The notes under the pieces: model-generated
Database searches by the model: none
The model's input: only the letters and a program-made list of their open reading frames with translations
Told to the model about the DNA's origin: nothing
NCBI RefSeq assembly: GCF_009914755.1
Contig: NC_060938.1
From: the human T2T-CHM13v2.0 reference genome, Homo sapiens
Direction: 5' to 3' (one strand)
DNA length: 64,000 bases
Shown: piece after piece, positions 1 through 15,719 of the stretch
How positions within the stretch are numbered: position 1 is the stretch's first letter
How the letters are laid out: every line of letters starts with the position of its first letter
Position numbers and translations under genes: made by a program

Positions 1-1929
1 CCTAGAGCTTTTATATCTTAATATGCCTCAGAAAACTCTTCTTTCTTCATCACTTCACTTTTGTACCAGCGAAAAATGGCATCAGGTTCAGATGAGTCCT
101 CAGTGACAGGTGAGGTATTGCTTATATGTACATAGCTATCAGTAACTTTGATAACATCTCCCAGGGGAGTGATAGTGGGAGGCTGACTGATAATTGAGCA
201 TGACTTCCAAGTTAGTGAGGCACCAACCTATAAGCTGCGTGCTGCACTTGGTCTTGACGTGGCAAAAGCAGCATGGGCATTATTGAGAATCAGATAACTC
301 AGCACAACAAACAGCAAAAAAATGTGTTTACTATGATGAAGGTGACATTTAACCAACCTATTTGGCGTCTTATTCATTAGTAAACTCTGCTATAGCCAAT
401 TGCTTTGACAGAATTTCCCAGTAGTTGTTACTGCAGCATATATGGGGAGAGGGAGATGAATATGGGGATTGATTTGGAATTCTGTCTGTTCAATATTCAG
501 AGTATTATCCAATTTGAGAAATAAGGGATGGCACACCCAGTCTTGCTAACTAGGCTGGGCCTTTAACTGGTCTTTCTAAAAAGCAGAGGCTGAGTTAAGG
601 ATTAAAAGTCTTTTTCATTGGAGAAACACAAGACAAGCGCAGTGAGATTGAGGAAAAAGTGGAGTGAGGCAAGGGAAGAGGCAAGGAGAAGCAGTGGAGA
701 CCCCTTCTTGAAGAGTCAGAGGAGATATGCGAGGTCACATGGTGGAAGTGTTCGCTTGGCACTCAAATATTGTCTCAGAGGCCAGGGAGGAAGAGCTAAA
801 TTCTGGAGTAATTCATGAGAGGGAGAAAGGAGGGGGGAATGTATTGGCCCACCTCCTTCCCATTTCCTGGTTTCCATTGGCCGAGTTCACCTGTGGTTCC
901 CGCATTCATCCTCCTTTGCTACTTAGGAAGTTTAGATACCGTACCGGCAGCGTGTCATTTCATCTTAGTCTAGAAGTAGAGATGCCATTTGGTATGGATA
1001 AGCTTTTGGAGTCAGGCAGCATCTTTGGAAGGAAGGAGACAGTCAAGGGAAACTGAAGAGTGACTACAAGGTTTTCGTCTCATAGAGGCGGTTAAGGTTA
1101 GTGTCATTTGGGTACTTTGTACTGAGGTTTCTGTAATTGATTTTGAAGACAACCTTATAGTTATTTATGAACATATAATCAGAGTGCTTTAGGATGGTGA
1201 TGATGATGGCGTGTTAGGGATGAACTATAATTATGAGAACCTCAGGGACGAGGAATAGAGAATTGCTGCTCTGGCTTCTTATCCTTATCAACATTATCAC
1301 CATTATCAGAACTAGACCTATCACTCAAACTGGAGGACCAAGAAGCTCTGAAGACGTGTACCCAGGTCAGAAATTTTTTGAGTCCAGTCAAGAATAAGAT
1401 AAACGATTTCATTGCAGTAGTACAGTGCCCACAAGCCTAGTTTCTTTCACATCTTCCTTGCTGGAGGTGAGATGCTATAGATGAAAGGGTTTCTAGGTCA
1501 ATTCTATTCCTGCCAATAACCATAAGGCTTTTGGGTTGCATTCTTGTGTTGGCTGGCAATATGTTCCCAACAGGACTACCCTATCTGGATTTTTGATATA
1601 ATGCAGTAATAAATAATAAAATATAAATTTCTAAGCATATATCAAATACAATTTTTTTCTCTGGGCCATAGAACTTCAACTCCTAGTCGGTAATGTAGGT
1701 TTTTTATTTCTGGCACCAGGAGATTTTCCTTTTCTGCTTCTCTGCTGAGCTATGTAGAATTAGCCTTCTTTCCCCTGCAGACATGGCAATTCTAATTTCT
1801 GGGAGTCGGGTGTGTAGTGGTGGTGAGCTTTTCTTCATCTGCTTATTCTGTGGTCTTCATTCAGAAGTCTCTCAAGGCATTCTGTCCTAGCATTTGAAAT
1901 ACAAACTTTACCTTGAATTAAATTCCCAC

Positions 1930-3300
<1,371 letters not shown>

Positions 3301-4114
3301 AAATAAGATAAAAGTAAAGGAAATAAAGTCCATTTAGATAATACAAATAATAAAAATTTTAAAAATATGAAATATGAAAGTACAAGATACCAGACACTAT
3401 GGTTGAATTAGCCAATATAAACTTGACATAATAAAAGCAAAGGATTGTATCAGAGGAAAAATGTACAGACTATTTGAAAAGAATAAGCACACTATATATC
3501 AAAAGTTTTGTGCTGTGGTGAAATAGTCTCAGATAAAAATTTATAGCTGTATATATTTTTACTATTTAAAAAGAACAAATGACAACAAACAAGGCATTCA
3601 GTTTAAAAGTTGGAAATATTATAGCAAAATAAACATGGAAAAAGCAGAAGTATACTGAATATAAATTTAGAAGTTAATAAATTATAATACAGAAAAATTC
3701 ACAGCATTGGTAAATAAATTCAGGAGTTCATTCTTTTAAAAAAGTATAAAATAGGTAGAAAAACCTTTGCTAAGTTGGATTAAGAAAAATAGAGAAAAAC
3801 AGTAATTCTATAAATGGTTGATTTTCAAAATTACAAGTAAAAGGTATGTACAGCGTTCTTTATGCCCATAAACCTGAAAATCTCAGTGAAATAATTTTTT
3901 TGGAGAAATTATAAATAACCAAAATGAAATGGAGGTGAAATTGATAAGCTGAAGAAGCAAAAACTTTAAAAATTATCAAAGTATTAATTACAAAAAAATT
4001 GGTGGGGCTAGATATTCTTACCAATTTGAATTATTTCAAGCATTGAAGACATAGTATATCAACTGTTAAATAGTGTAGAAAAAGATAAAAAGCTTTCCAT
4101 TCATTTGTAGTTTG

Positions 4115-4757
4115 TATTTTTATTGTTTTCAACTTTTAGATACAGAGGGTACATGTGTAGGTTTGTTTCATAGGTATATTGCACCCTGGTAGTGAGCAGA
4201 GTATCCAATAGGTAGTTTTTGACCCTTGCTTCCTCCCTCCCCTGTCTAGTAGTATGCAGCGTTCCCATATTTATGTCCATGGGTGCTCAATGTTCAGCTC
4301 CCACTTATAAGTGAGAATATGCGGCATTTAGTTTTCTGTGCCAATGTTAATTTGCTTAGGATAATGGCCTCCAGCTACATCCATGTTGCTGCAGAGGACA
4401 CAAGTTCATTCTTTGTATGGCTGCATAGTACTCCCTGGTGCCTATGTACCACATTTTCTTTATCCAATCCACCATTGATAGGCACCTAGGTTGATGCCAT
4501 GTCTTTGCTATTGTGAAGTGTGGAACTACTACTATAAGTGCATGTCTGTTTTTGGTATAATTATCTATTTTCCTTTGGGTATATACCTAGTAATGGGATT
4601 GCTGGGTTAAATGGTAGCTCTGTTTTAAGTTCTTTGAGACATCTCCAAACTGCTTTCCACAGTGGCTGAACTAATTTACATTCCTACTAATGGCATATAA
4701 GTGTTCCCTTTTCTCCACAGCCTCACCATCATCTGTTGTTTTTGACTTTATAATAAC
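4115..4757 (-). mobile_element. 5'-truncated older L1P 3' end (L1PA15/16- or L1PB-like)
   Basis: Antisense L1 3'UTR and ORF2 end: GGTACATGTGTAGGTTTG...CTCCCACTTATAAGTGAGAATATGCGG...GGCTGAACTAATTTACATTCC. Confidence 0.9.
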
Positions 4758-5618
4758 TCCAGTTTATTTTTAAATTTAGGGAAATTCTGACAACAAATCC
4801 AGTCAAATATAACATAGACAGGAAAAACAGAACAAATTCTATACATGCAGTTGTCAAATACTAAATTCAGCAGTAAATTAAGAGACTAATGTATCAAGAC
4901 CAAATGAGTTTTATTTTGGAGATATAAGGATGTTTCAACTAAAAAAGCTAGAAATAAGGCATATTATCTTAATAAAGGAAGAACATGAAATATTTCCAGT
5001 TTCTGATAAAAACCAATCTCTCAGTAAACTAGAAGTGTAAGATGTTTTTAACAAGATAATGAATATCATTCTATGTTTCCAATTCTACATTATGTACTTA
5101 ATAATGAAATAACGGAAACATGTCCTCCATAATTAGTAGTGCACTAAGCATGCCCACTATGACTACTTTTATTTACTGTTGCCCTGGAATTTCTAGGTAT
5201 GGGTACAGAAAATGTAGACGTTATTAGTTTTAGATAGTATTATTCCCATGGACACAACACAAAAAATCCATTAAAAAACCATTAGCTATAATAAGAAACT
5301 TTAATTAAGTGACGGATTTAAAAGTAGAGGAATAAAAGCTTTTCTATTAAGTAGTAACTATCAGCTAGGAAAAAGAATAATGAAATAAGGATACCATTCA
5401 GAATGCAATAAAAGTACAAATAAATATTTGATATAACAGTCATTCAGGGTATCCTATTTCATGGATTTACCCTAACACAACAGGACACCTGAGAGAGATG
5501 AACCATATTTTTATATGGGGAGTGTGACTACCATAAACATATCATTTTTTCCAGGCTAATGTATATGTTTAATGAAATTCTAATAAAACCTCCTTTAAAA
5601 AACCTTTCAGCAATATGA

Positions 5619-5963
<345 letters not shown>

Positions 5964-6465
5964 GGATAATAAAATTGTGAAGAGAGAGAGCAAGGAGAAA
6001 ATATTTGCTGAACCAATCACCGAACATTATTATAAAGCCATAGTAATTAAAAATAGGATGCCACAGGAGCTGAGAGTAACGGGATCTAATAACAGTAAAT
6101 AAACAAACACATATATATGTACACACACACATATAATAAAGGTGGCTTCACAGAGGAAGAGTTACTCAATCAATTATATTAAGGGAATAACATTGTGTAC
6201 AATAAATGGTAGCCGAAGAGAGAGAAACATGAAACAAAGAGGTGTGGAGCCAATGATCAGTATGTTACCAAAGAGATGAACATGTCCCAGGAAGCCTGGG
6301 CTGGGAAGATGGGGACAGAGTCTGGGATGTCAGCACAGAAGGAGCTTTGCATATGTCATAAGTGTAGGCACAGGAGTTGCTCCGTAGTCAGGGAGAGTAG
6401 GTGGTAGAATTCAGAGCCCCAGACAAGGGCTTGAAAATAATAAGTGATAGAGAAACTAGTCGTTT

Positions 6466-6791
6466 GAATTATATATTCTCACTTATAAGTGGGAGCTAAG
6501 CTATGAGGATGCAGAGGCATAAGAATAATCTAATGGGCTTTGGGGACTAGGTGGCAGGGAAGCGGGTGGAGGGGCAAGGGATAAAAGACTACATACTGGG
6601 GACAGTGTACACTGCTCGGGTGATGGGTGCACCAAAATCTCAGAAATCACCACTAAAGAACATATCCATGTAACAAAAAACCACCTGTACACCCAAAACT
6701 ATTGAAATAAAAATAAAAATTAAAAACTCAATACAACAATTAAAAAATGAACAAAAACCAATACAGTTAAAAAAAAAAAGAAAAAAGCAAA
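6466..6791 (+). mobile_element. Short L1PB-type 3' end with TSD
   Basis: CTCACTTATAAGTGGGAGCTAAGCTATGAGGATGC...AAAACTATTGAAATAAAAA. TSD AGAAACTAGTCRTTT at 6451-6465 and 6792-6806. Confidence 0.9.
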
Positions 6792-6899
6792 AGAAACTAG
6801 TCATTTAGAGCAGTAGCCGAGGCACACAAAGATTGGTGTTAGGTGTTAGAGCCTATTGTTTCTTCATTGCTCATTGATACATTCATCAGTATAGTCTCA

Positions 6900-7045
6900 A
6901 GGACCCCTGGTTGAAATCTCTGCTCTTCTATTTACTAATCATAAAATGGAAAACTTATTTAGTCACCCTGAGCCTCAGTTTCCTTATGTATAAAATGAGA
7001 ATGATAGTACTTGCTTCATAGAATTATAAGGATTAAATTGAATAT
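6900..7045 (+). mobile_element. MIR SINE
   Basis: MIR core CTGAGCCTCAGTTTCCTTATGTATAAAATGAGAATGATAGTAC. Confidence 0.8.
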
Positions 7046-7382
7046 ATATATATAATGCAGATGATTAAGTAACATTTATGTAGAACTTAATATTTGCCAG
7101 GCATTTTCTAATATATACATACATATCGTGAACTATTATTAAGCTTCTTCCGTGGGGTACATGTGGGTGGAGAGACACTGAAGTAGAAATGCCTTGTAGA
7201 TAAATGGAAAGATTCTAAACATCCCCAAGGGTGCTGTATTTTGCTGAGTAAAATGCCAGATCTTAGATCTTGTAAATCTTGTCACATTTGAGACCCCAGC
7301 CACCATGGTTTCTGGGACCAACTTAATGACTGATTCTACACTCTCTCGGTTTTGTGGTAACTAGCTCTGATTTGTGCGTGAG

Positions 7383-7385
<3 letters not shown>

Positions 7386-7421
<36 letters not shown>
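7386..7421. repeat. (CA)n microsatellite, about 18 units
   Basis: Perfect AC run read directly. Confidence 0.98.
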
Positions 7422-7425
<4 letters not shown>

Positions 7426-9799
7426 ACACAGCCGATGAGGAATAGGTGAGCACTGGAGATTATTCCTCTCATCATCAGTGCAGATGTCCACAGAAATTCC
7501 CTGAGGGTCTTTAAATTCGAGCTTTTGGTCACTGAATTCAGGCAGGCATTTATAAGAGATTTTTAGGCTTTTCCATTATTTTTCCTGTGATTTGTCTTTT
7601 AAAATAAGCTTTTATAGTAGACGCCTATGTTATTTTTCCTCCATCAGATGAAAATGATTATCTTTGTGAATTGTACTCTCCACTTGATTATCCCCTTCCC
7701 ACTTTCCTGGGTGTAGCAGAACATCCTCTGAGGTCACTTAAGGGAATACATCTTTTACTAATGGCTCGTTGTACATGAGGGAACTGGATTGCCTGTCTGT
7801 TTGTTTAGTTTTACATTCTGGAACAGTTTTCTTGACAGAAAATAGTCATTTTTTTATGTATGAATCAGATATCAGGGCTATTTACCAAGTGAATCCATTT
7901 TTCATATCCCAGAAGAAAGAAAATGTATTTTAAAATAAGGTTATTGTAACTTTTGCTTGTATGTATAATTGATGTAGTTTTGGGTAACACATATCTATAA
8001 TGCACACTAACAAAAAAGGGAAAAAATGAGGATGTGACATATAAACTACACTTTAAGTACAGCAGTGCATGTGATCACATTGTTAACAGAAATTGTGTCA
8101 ATATTAACAACTGCTCAGCTCAGTGGTGGGCAGCCCAGCCCAAATCTGGTATAACTGTCTGTTTAGTTTATCAGTCTTGGCTATCAAGTCTCCTGACGTA
8201 ACAAAACCACCCATGACAGCTGACCACATTGAATATCCAGATAAGGACTCGGGGAAAATTGAGCTGACTACTTTGATCATACCAGAACAGTTAAGATTAA
8301 TCTCACTGGGAAATGCATGTAATCAATTTCTCATTTGTTCCTATAAATTAAAATGAACATAGTTTGTTTTCCCAGGGTCAAGATGATGGCATACATGCAA
8401 ATTTGTATCCAGTTCTTTTCACTTAACATTACAACAAAAATTCTCCTGTCATTACTGGCTTTTGAAAAACATCCTTTGGTGTAAATATTTATTCAATTAG
8501 AGGGAAAATAATGTTATATTTTTGTTGGAAATTTAAATGATTTTAATTTTTTGGTATTACAGATAGTACTTTTATCAATATCATACATAAAGCCTTTTCA
8601 GTTTTCTCATGATAGGTTTATAAAAGTGGAATTTTAAAGTCAAATACATTTATAAGACTCTGGATAGATACTCTCAACTTATTCTTCAAAATGGTTACAT
8701 TGTAGAATCTGAAAATGCTTACGTCACCACACTCGAGAAACACAATTACTGTCTCTCTCTATGAAAGATGGCATAATTAGTTGGCATTATTAAAGCATCA
8801 TTGCAGTATGTTGATATGTGCATATGTGTGGCAGGAGTGTGTCTGTCTGTCTGTTCTTCCTGTCTGCTATTTATTCTGAATCTACAGTGGGAGTCTGGTG
8901 TACCCAACTTTTAAGTGTGACTGGCTTCGATTTATTTTGTGTCTTTTTTGTTTTCCTTCTTTACCACACAGCCTTCTTCATATTGTCCCTCTCATTAAGA
9001 ATGACTGGGTTGTTCAGGGGATTGGCAACATTTTCTTTTCCATCTGAAAGTCAGGAAAGTGCATAATAATCACGTCCTAAGAGCAATACGGATAAAACCA
9101 TTGCAGGCAGTGCACAATGTGTGGCAATAGCCAGGGTTCTCTGGTGAACTCTTTTAATATGTGTTCTAAGTTGATAGGACATTTCTTTAGGAAAACTTTT
9201 TTTAGTGGCTGAATCCTATGCTGTACTGGGCTTTACCTATCAATCTACACATTTTCAGTTGTTAGTGTCAGAAACACAACCCAAATAGGGAAAATATTGG
9301 CTCAAGGGACATAGAAGTTCTAGAATTATAGCTACTTTAAATGAAATGAATGGAGGCTTGGACCATCCCTTGGGTGCCAGTTTTCCTCTCTGCCAGCCTC
9401 CCTGGTTCTGCTCCTGCCTCTACTGTCTGCCCTCTTGCAATGGGGTTCCAACTGCACATTTTCTGTCTGTCTAGTGGGAAAAGAAAGATTCCTAATCTCT
9501 GATAGCTCAAACTGAGGGTTGGGAATTGTGTCCTTATTAGGTCTGATTGGCTTTCCTTGGGTCATAAACCCAACCCAGAACCGATTCCTAAACACAGATG
9601 AGCAAAACGAACTGACTGGCTTAGCTTTGGGTGTTGTGTCCTACCCTTGGACTTGGACTGTAAGTGCAGTGGAAGGGATCCCAGACAAAAATCAGGGGTT
9701 GTTGCAGAAGTGCATACTTGGAAACCATGTGTATTATAACTCTTATCGTTCTGCATTCTAAAGGCAAGTTTCCCCCAATAAACTATAAACCCCAGGATC

Positions 9800-9890
9800 A
9801 CAGAGACAATGTTTGTTTCGTTCTTCAATGCCAAGCTACAAGCCTTGCTCTTAGTAAGCACTCAATACGTATTTGTTGAATAAATGAATA
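9800..9890 (+). mobile_element. L2 3' end
   Basis: AGTAAGCACTCAATACGTATTTGTTGAATAAATGAAT, the typical L2 terminus. Confidence 0.75.
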
Positions 9891-11140
9891 GGAGCAGCTG
9901 ATTAGCATGTCTCAATTTAATATCCTGGTATTTTTGGTAACTATGAAATTGTGGCAGTGGTAGATGCTGTGATACTTAAAAATAGTCTTTACAAATTATT
10001 AAAATTTTAAAAATTTGTAAAAAGGCCTCCCTCCTGTTGCCATGTAAAAAGTTGGTAACTTCATGGTAACTTGATCTGTGTTGCAGTTTATAATTGCAGC
10101 CTTCACTCCCTTAGCAGTGTTTGTACTCAGGAAGCTCATCGTCAGTGACTTCTATCTTCTTCTCAGCTCTAGTAGTATACAACATCTAATCATGGTCAAT
10201 TAATACTTGATGGCTTCCTTCAGGACTCTAGATGCTGAAATTACTGCTCAGAGCTGAGAGTGGCTTTCCCAACATGCAACATCCATAGACAAAGCAAATG
10301 TTAAGATCCCCGACAGGCTATATTGCAAGAATGGGAAATTGAACAATTCCATGGCCGGTAAAAAGAAGACTGGCAACCTTTATAATACAAAAGGGAATAT
10401 GGAATGTGACTAAGTGTGGTGTTAAACATTAAAATGACACCATCAAGAAGGACAGAAAGCACCAATGATAAGAATAAAGGGGAACAAAAATTTGGGCAAA
10501 ATTTGGAACAAAATAAAGGGGAACAAAATTTTTTTTTCTTCCCCCTCTCCTCTAGTGTTTGAGGCCTGATGTGATCCAGTCAATTCCTTTATCCACCTGG
10601 GTTGTCTTATTGACCTCTTTGATGTTTTCCCTGCTGGCACTGAGGATGTTGCTGTAGTGCTGGAAAGGGCTTACTTTCGTTAACCAGTTCCCTCCCAGTT
10701 AGAACGGCTGTCCTACCTACACGTTAAGTTCATGTCCCAGGAATTGCCGAGCACTAAACTTTCATTTGTATGCTGACTGATCAATATGTCTGACGTGAAT
10801 ATAAGAGAGAATGAAAATCTCCATTCCAGGTATTCAGTGGAATACAATGGTGGACAAGTTTTCAAAAAATTGGGGAGGAAAGATTTCCTTTGGACTTGGA
10901 AGGGGAGTAGAGGTCTATGCAGCCCAGAAAAGAGCAGGCAGGTATACAGTGCTTAGACGGTTGTGGGAGGCAGGACAGCAGCTTTTGGGAGCTTTGGCTA
11001 TATAAAATATTTCCATTCCCTGAAACAGCTAGATCTGAAGAGGGTAAACCAAGCTGAAACAGGGCTCTTCTTTCCTAAACCAGAGGAGGCCTCCCTGCCT
11101 GTTGCCACTACCTAAGGTCCTGGGACTGCTTTGCCACAGC

Positions 11141-11218
11141 TGTGTGAGTATGTGTGTGTATGTATGTATGTGTGCATGTGTGTGCGTGTGTGTGTGCATG
11201 TGTGCACATGTGTGTGTG
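11141..11218. repeat. Imperfect (TG)n/(TATG)n alternating purine-pyrimidine repeat
   Basis: Read directly. Confidence 0.9.
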
Positions 11219-11406
11219 CCCCCACTGATGACTGAGATTGAATTCTCCCCACTGTGGTATTATTTTGGGTGCAGGTGAGTGCTTAGAGCTGCAGTGGAGT
11301 GGTTTGTCTTTATAAACTCTTTGTTATATTACTGTGTTTATTTCTGTTAGAAAAACACAATTCAATAATAACATGATGTTTATGGTGGAAAACCTAAAAA
11401 ATATAG

Positions 11407-11730
<324 letters not shown>

Positions 11731-11853
11731 TAGAAATGACTTTTAATCCACCACTCAATCACTATCTGTATTTTGATATATATATTTCCCCTCCTCTTTC
11801 TCTTCTTTTTCTCTTTCCCTTCCTAAAGCAAAATGATAGTGGACATACTGGCC

Positions 11854-11924
11854 TTTTTTTTTTTTTTTTTTTTTTGTAAAACCTGGCTTTTACACACACA
11901 CACTCACACATGCACACACACACA
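11854..11924. repeat. Poly(T) tract followed by imperfect (CA)n
   Basis: Read directly. Confidence 0.9.
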
Positions 11925-13216
11925 ATCACTTTATATATTTGTGGTGACAACTTTCTAAGTCATTAAATATTCTTCTACAATACTATTTTTGGTGATTATA
12001 AAATGTTACACAATCCATTCAACAAGTTCTCCATTGTTGAACATGATTATTAGTTCAGATTTTTGCCGTTACAAATATCTCTCTGATAAGAAATGTATAA
12101 ATCTGTTTGTGCATCCATTAATTAATTTTGAATACATCCATCATTTCACAAACTTTAGAATTTACAGGTCTGTAATGTCTCATGCTTTCTAGTGGTTTGT
12201 TGATTCCAGTTTGGGAATAAATTTCATTGAATACATTCCTGAAAGGGGGCATTGCCAGCTCAAAAGGGACCCAAAATGGTAAAGTTTTCCACATTACTCC
12301 AGAGAACCACTTTCCAACGTGCAATTGTGTGATTCTAGGATTCTGTGGTCAGGTTCTCTTTCTGGGTGACTTGCTGCAGCACAAGCCATTCTACTCTAGA
12401 TGGCGATGTTTCATTAGTTTAAAAGCCTGCTCTGCCGTGGAACAGATGCATAACAATCGTTTTCCCAATTACCTGTGGATCTACTAAAACTTAGAAGAGA
12501 GACAACAATGGGGATACAGTAGTCACATAACTTTCGTCTAAAAGGCATTATTTATTCAAGGCCAAGAATCAACGAGTCCTACCCTGGCGTTCGCCCTTTG
12601 TGACATTAATCTTAGGAAAGTGGTAACTATTTACAAGGGTGCAGGATGTTGCAGATCTTGAAGCTTGAAAAGATGAAAATAAACCCCCATAGATGAAGTT
12701 CTTGTCTTGTCCCTTACCCTTGCACACTTACTCTCAATTTCTCAGGTCAACCTGGCAGGGGGATACCCTCACTTTCCCTCCTCATCCCATGACTCTCCAG
12801 TGGATTTTCTATCCCTGGGTTCTTTCTGATTTGTGGGCATGGGAATATTCACTGTTCTGAGGACAGGTCTGGTGGTGTGTCCTGCAAACCTCTCACTCAC
12901 CTCTCTTCCTGTACCCAGTCTCTCTCCTGCATAAACGGAACAGGATTTGAATCTGAACACAAAAGCTTCTGGATGAGTGGCCACCCTTCAGGCAGCCCAA
13001 AGCCTCCTTATAGCACTGAAGAAACACTTTTGAGAGACATAGGTAGGAATCTTGTCACTCTTTTGGGCTGATCACTATGAGAAAATTCTACAGAGACTTT
13101 GTTCACCTGGCAAACTACTGTGCATCTTTTAAGACTCAATTCAACTCACATGTCTCATCTTCTGCAGAGCACCTCTAAGTCCAGAGACAGTAGGTTTTTC
13201 CTTTGTGCTCTCAAAC

Positions 13217-14600
13217 ACATTCATTCATTCTTTTTTCAAAATTATTTATTGAGTGCTAACTATAGTTGGGGTATACTACAAGCAAGACAGACAGGGCTGC
13301 TGCTTTTTCATAGTTCAGAACCAAATGAAATGCCATTTAATTACCAAAAATATTTTTGACAAGAATCATGAAGAACAAGTACAGGTGTTTTAAATCCTTG
13401 TGGAATTTAAATACCTACAGAATTTAAAACAACGCAGGTTGGGAAGCCAAGAATGACCAGAAGTTAATGAGGTGACGGCAGAAGGGCAAGAGAGTCGGGC
13501 AGGAAGGAAAGCCATGCACACAGGGCCCCAGGAGGGAGGAATTGAGTACATGTGAGAAACAGGGTGGGCCCAGGACAGTCAGTGCCTAATGGAGAGAGGC
13601 ATGAGATGAGGCTAGAGATAATCTCCCACAGCCTATAGGCTGTACTGTGGACTTTGCATTTATCTAAGAGCATTTGGGAAACTATGCAGAGGTTTAAAAT
13701 AAGAACGTGATGGGATCCAATTTGAGTTAGATAAGCTCACTCTGGCAGATATGTGGAGAACAGTTCAGTGTACAGATGCTGGGAGACTAGTTGGGAAGCT
13801 ATGCCACCTTCCAGGCATAAGGTTTTAGTGCTGGTGGAGATAAAAGGGATGGATTTGAGACATAAGTAGGAGGTAGAGGAGCCATGAGGTAGTAACTAGT
13901 TATATGAAGAGTGAAGGAGAGGGAATAATCAAGGATGGCACCCAAGTCTGTGGCCTCAGTAAGTAATTGAGTTTATTAAGACCATGGGCAACTGGAAGAG
14001 AAGCAGATATGGGTACAATTTCATGATGTCAGTTTTGGACAAGTAGCATGGAAAAGCCTGAGAAATATCCAAGTAGTATTGTCAAATATATAGATTTGGG
14101 GTCTGGAAGAAAGTCAGGTGGGAAAGTTGTCCTTAAAGTGTGATCCCTAGAGCAGCAGTGTCACCTGGGAACTTATTAGAAATGCACGTTTCTGATTCAC
14201 TGGAATCAGAAGTGGGAGCACAGCCCAGCAATCTGAGTGTTAACAAGTTCCCCAGATGATTCTGATTCATGCTAAAGTTTGAGAACTACTAGCATATATC
14301 TCCAACATTTAGAAGCTGTGTAGAGGAGGATGCATAATCAAAGAATCCCAAGCAATGATGAGAGGTGTAGGAGGAAAGCTGAGGAAGTATAGAGTCACAG
14401 AAACCTAACGAGAGAGAGGTCAACTGTGTGGAGGGCTGCTGTGAGGTCAAATAAAATGAAGACTGACATGGGTCCACTGGCTTAACAGTTGGTGGTCATA
14501 GCTTCAGCAATTATGGGGGAACCGTGGGGCGAGCAGCCTGTTGAGTGTGCGTTAAGGAAGGAGAGGAAGATGGAGAAATGGGGTGCTACATTTCTCTTTG
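13217..14600 (-). mobile_element. L2 LINE fragment with a MER5A insertion
   Basis: CATTCATTCATTC...TTTATTGAGTGCT L2 tail in antisense, followed by purine-rich decayed L2 body. Confidence 0.75.
14124..14291. mobile_element. MER5A hAT-Charlie MITE
   Basis: CACCTGGGAACTTATTAGAAATGCA...AACAAGTTCCCCAGATGATTCTGATTCATGCTAAAGTTTGAGAACTACT. Confidence 0.85.
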
Positions 14601-14959
14601 ATAAACCTGTCTTAGAACAGGAAATGAAAGGTGGGTGGTAATTTGACAGAAAATGTGAAGTTGGACATTTTTTATAAAGAATGTATGCTTTCTAAGCAAA
14701 TGTATAGAAAAGTGCACAAATCACAATTATGAGGCTCAACTTAGACAAGTTGGTGACCAAACTCAATCACAAAAATGGAGAGTGACAGGAGATGGTGTCC
14801 TTTGCCTGGAGCACAGCCCTCCTCTGCGTACAGCTACACCATTCCAAGCCTGCTGTCTACAGAATGTTGGAGAACACGGACAGGTGCATTAGATGACTCT
14901 TCTGCCTGTAGGATCCACTCAGCACCTGGTAATGCTGGCTGGTATTCACCTGAGCCCTT

Positions 14960-15487
14960 CACCTGAAACGTATCTATCTTTCCCCCGAGGAAGCATGTGA
15001 GACTCAGGATGGGAACCCTACATTTACCTCCAGGGTTAGATCCTAATCAGTTAAATTAATCATGGTAATATCATCTTCCTTGCCAACGATTGGCTCAGTG
15101 CCCAGGCCTTAGCCAATCAGGGCAATTTTCACTGGTACAGGCGTGGACAAGCAAAGTAAGTTGAACCAATTAGAATGAAGGATAATGCTTTTACTCCGTG
15201 ATTTGGGTGAAAGACATTCACTACACCAGAGGAGACAAAGGAAGCACGTTGCTGTTATTGCTGTTCATGGCCTTCTTCCAACAGTAAGGGAAGCTAGTTT
15301 GAAGATAAACTGTACAAAGGAAAGTAAAACAAGAGAAGTGCAGCGAAATGGTGCCGGAGCCGTGATGCAGCTACAACCTAGAGTTCTCACAATCTCTTAA
15401 TTTCCTGCTGTCGGCGATAAATGTGATCATTTTGGCCGATTTGGTTCAGTTTTTCTGTTCCGTGAAGCTGAAAGCATCCTGACACAG
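14960..15487 (+). mobile_element. Old MaLR LTR (MLT1J/K-like)
   Basis: CCCAGGCCTTAGCCAATCAG and terminal TTTTCTGTTCCGTGAAGCTGAAAGCATCCTGACACA. Confidence 0.55.
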
Positions 15488-15719
15488 GTAGGTATCACTG
15501 TTTTCTCGAGTACATAGATGAGTAAAGTAAGACTTAATAGAGGTGAAGTCACTCACCAGCTGTACATTTGAACCCAGAACTTCTGATTTCTAAGCCCACA
15601 ATCTTATCTGTTAGCCTTATGCCTCCAGCTAAGGCTGTGTGCCCTCTCTCTCATTCCTTAGAAAGATTTATTTCTCAGAAGGCTGCTTGCATCTCCATAC
15701 AAGTAAACTTCTACTGGTC

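Noticed and set aside
618-1056. 66-aa and 109-aa ORFs
   Set aside because: No recognisable domain. The region looks like a decayed old LTR that I cannot name confidently.
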